A stretch of 64,000 bases of DNA from Lama glama (lineage: Eukaryota): the NCBI GenBank assembly GCA_028534125.1, contig CM052817.1, forward strand, positions 5,520,001 to 5,584,000, read 5' to 3'. A program made the position numbers and the translations under genes. This document shows, in pieces, positions 63,560-64,000 of the stretch. Positions within the stretch are counted from its first letter, which is position 1. Each line of letters starts with the position of its first letter. The notes beneath the pieces were generated by a model. The model did not search any database, was not told the DNA's origin, and worked only from the letters and a program-made list of their open reading frames with translations.

Positions 63560-63898
63560 GTAGAGAGCAAAAGGAACCAGGCGACACCGGAGGGCCGCGC
63601 AGCCCCGCCCGCGCGCACTGGCCGGCGTCGGTAATCTCGGTCCTTCTGGGCTTCCGTAGTCGGAACACACGGGACATCTTTGCCAGGGAAAGATCCGTAT
63701 TTTGAGATTCAAATCGTTCGTGAATTTGAGCACTGAGATGGCGAAGCCACCCTCGCCCTACATTCGCACCAACTAAAACCACGAAGGCAACATAGTCTAC
63801 ACCCTTCACGTAAGAAAGCCCTTCCCTCCGCGGGGAACGGATATCGGAAGTTCCGGTGTATTTGACGTCACTTCCGCCCGTCTCTGGGCGGTGCCAAG
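63560..63898 (+). promoter_or_regulatory. TMEM128: TMEM128 CpG-island promoter and 5' UTR
   Basis: CpG-rich; ETS pair CGGAAGTTCCGG (63845-63856); full CRE overlapping an ETS site, TGACGTCACTTCCG (63863-63876); GC box ccccgccc near 63603. Confidence 0.85.
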
Positions 63899-63995
63899 AT
63901 GGACGCGCTTCGGGCTCGGGAGCAGCTCCGGCGGAGATACCTGTTCCTGCCTGACGCGGAAGTCCCGCCAGACCACCAGGGCTCCACCGGGCCAG
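63899..63995 (+). CDS. TMEM128: TMEM128 first coding exon (97 nt); gene continues beyond the window
   Basis: aagATGg; MDALRAREQLRRRYLFLPDAEVPPDHQGSTGP resembles the recalled human N-terminus MDSSRARQQLRRRFLLLPDAEAQLDREGDAGP; donor CAG|GTGAG; expected neighbour of LYAR. Confidence 0.9.
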
Positions 63996-64000
63996 GTGAG

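Noticed and set aside
1..64000. CRISPR array, operon-like or other novel multi-gene system
   Set aside because: No regularly spaced repeat-spacer structure; all convincing coding sequence is explained by three known mammalian genes in conserved order.

Overview
Mammalian genomic DNA, most likely camelid (several copies of a tRNA-derived SINE resembling camelid vic-1). The gene order matches the recalled human 4p16.3 order. It holds the complete ZBTB49 gene on the minus strand (7 coding exons, 2274-nt CDS, 757 aa, BTB domain plus 7 C2H2 fingers) and the complete LYAR gene on the plus strand (8 coding exons, 1167-nt CDS, 388 aa). The two genes share a head-to-head CpG-island promoter at about 34.6-35.5 kb. 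The promoter and first coding exon of TMEM128 lie at the right edge. All coding exons have GT-AG ends and join in frame. The rest is intronic or intergenic DNA with L1, SINE, MaLR LTR, MIR and DNA-transposon relics. I found no convincing new multi-gene system. The best leads are: a 49-bp internal L1 fragment captured between 8-bp direct repeats; AG|GT recursive-splice-type exons; a candidate poison exon in ZBTB49; uORFs in both genes; a ~430-bp pyrimidine repeat grown from a SINE tail; an identical 13-bp ETS/CRE element in both promoters; and an unexplained coding-like 1.8-kb stretch in a LYAR intron. Repeat family names and human comparisons are from recall, not from searches.
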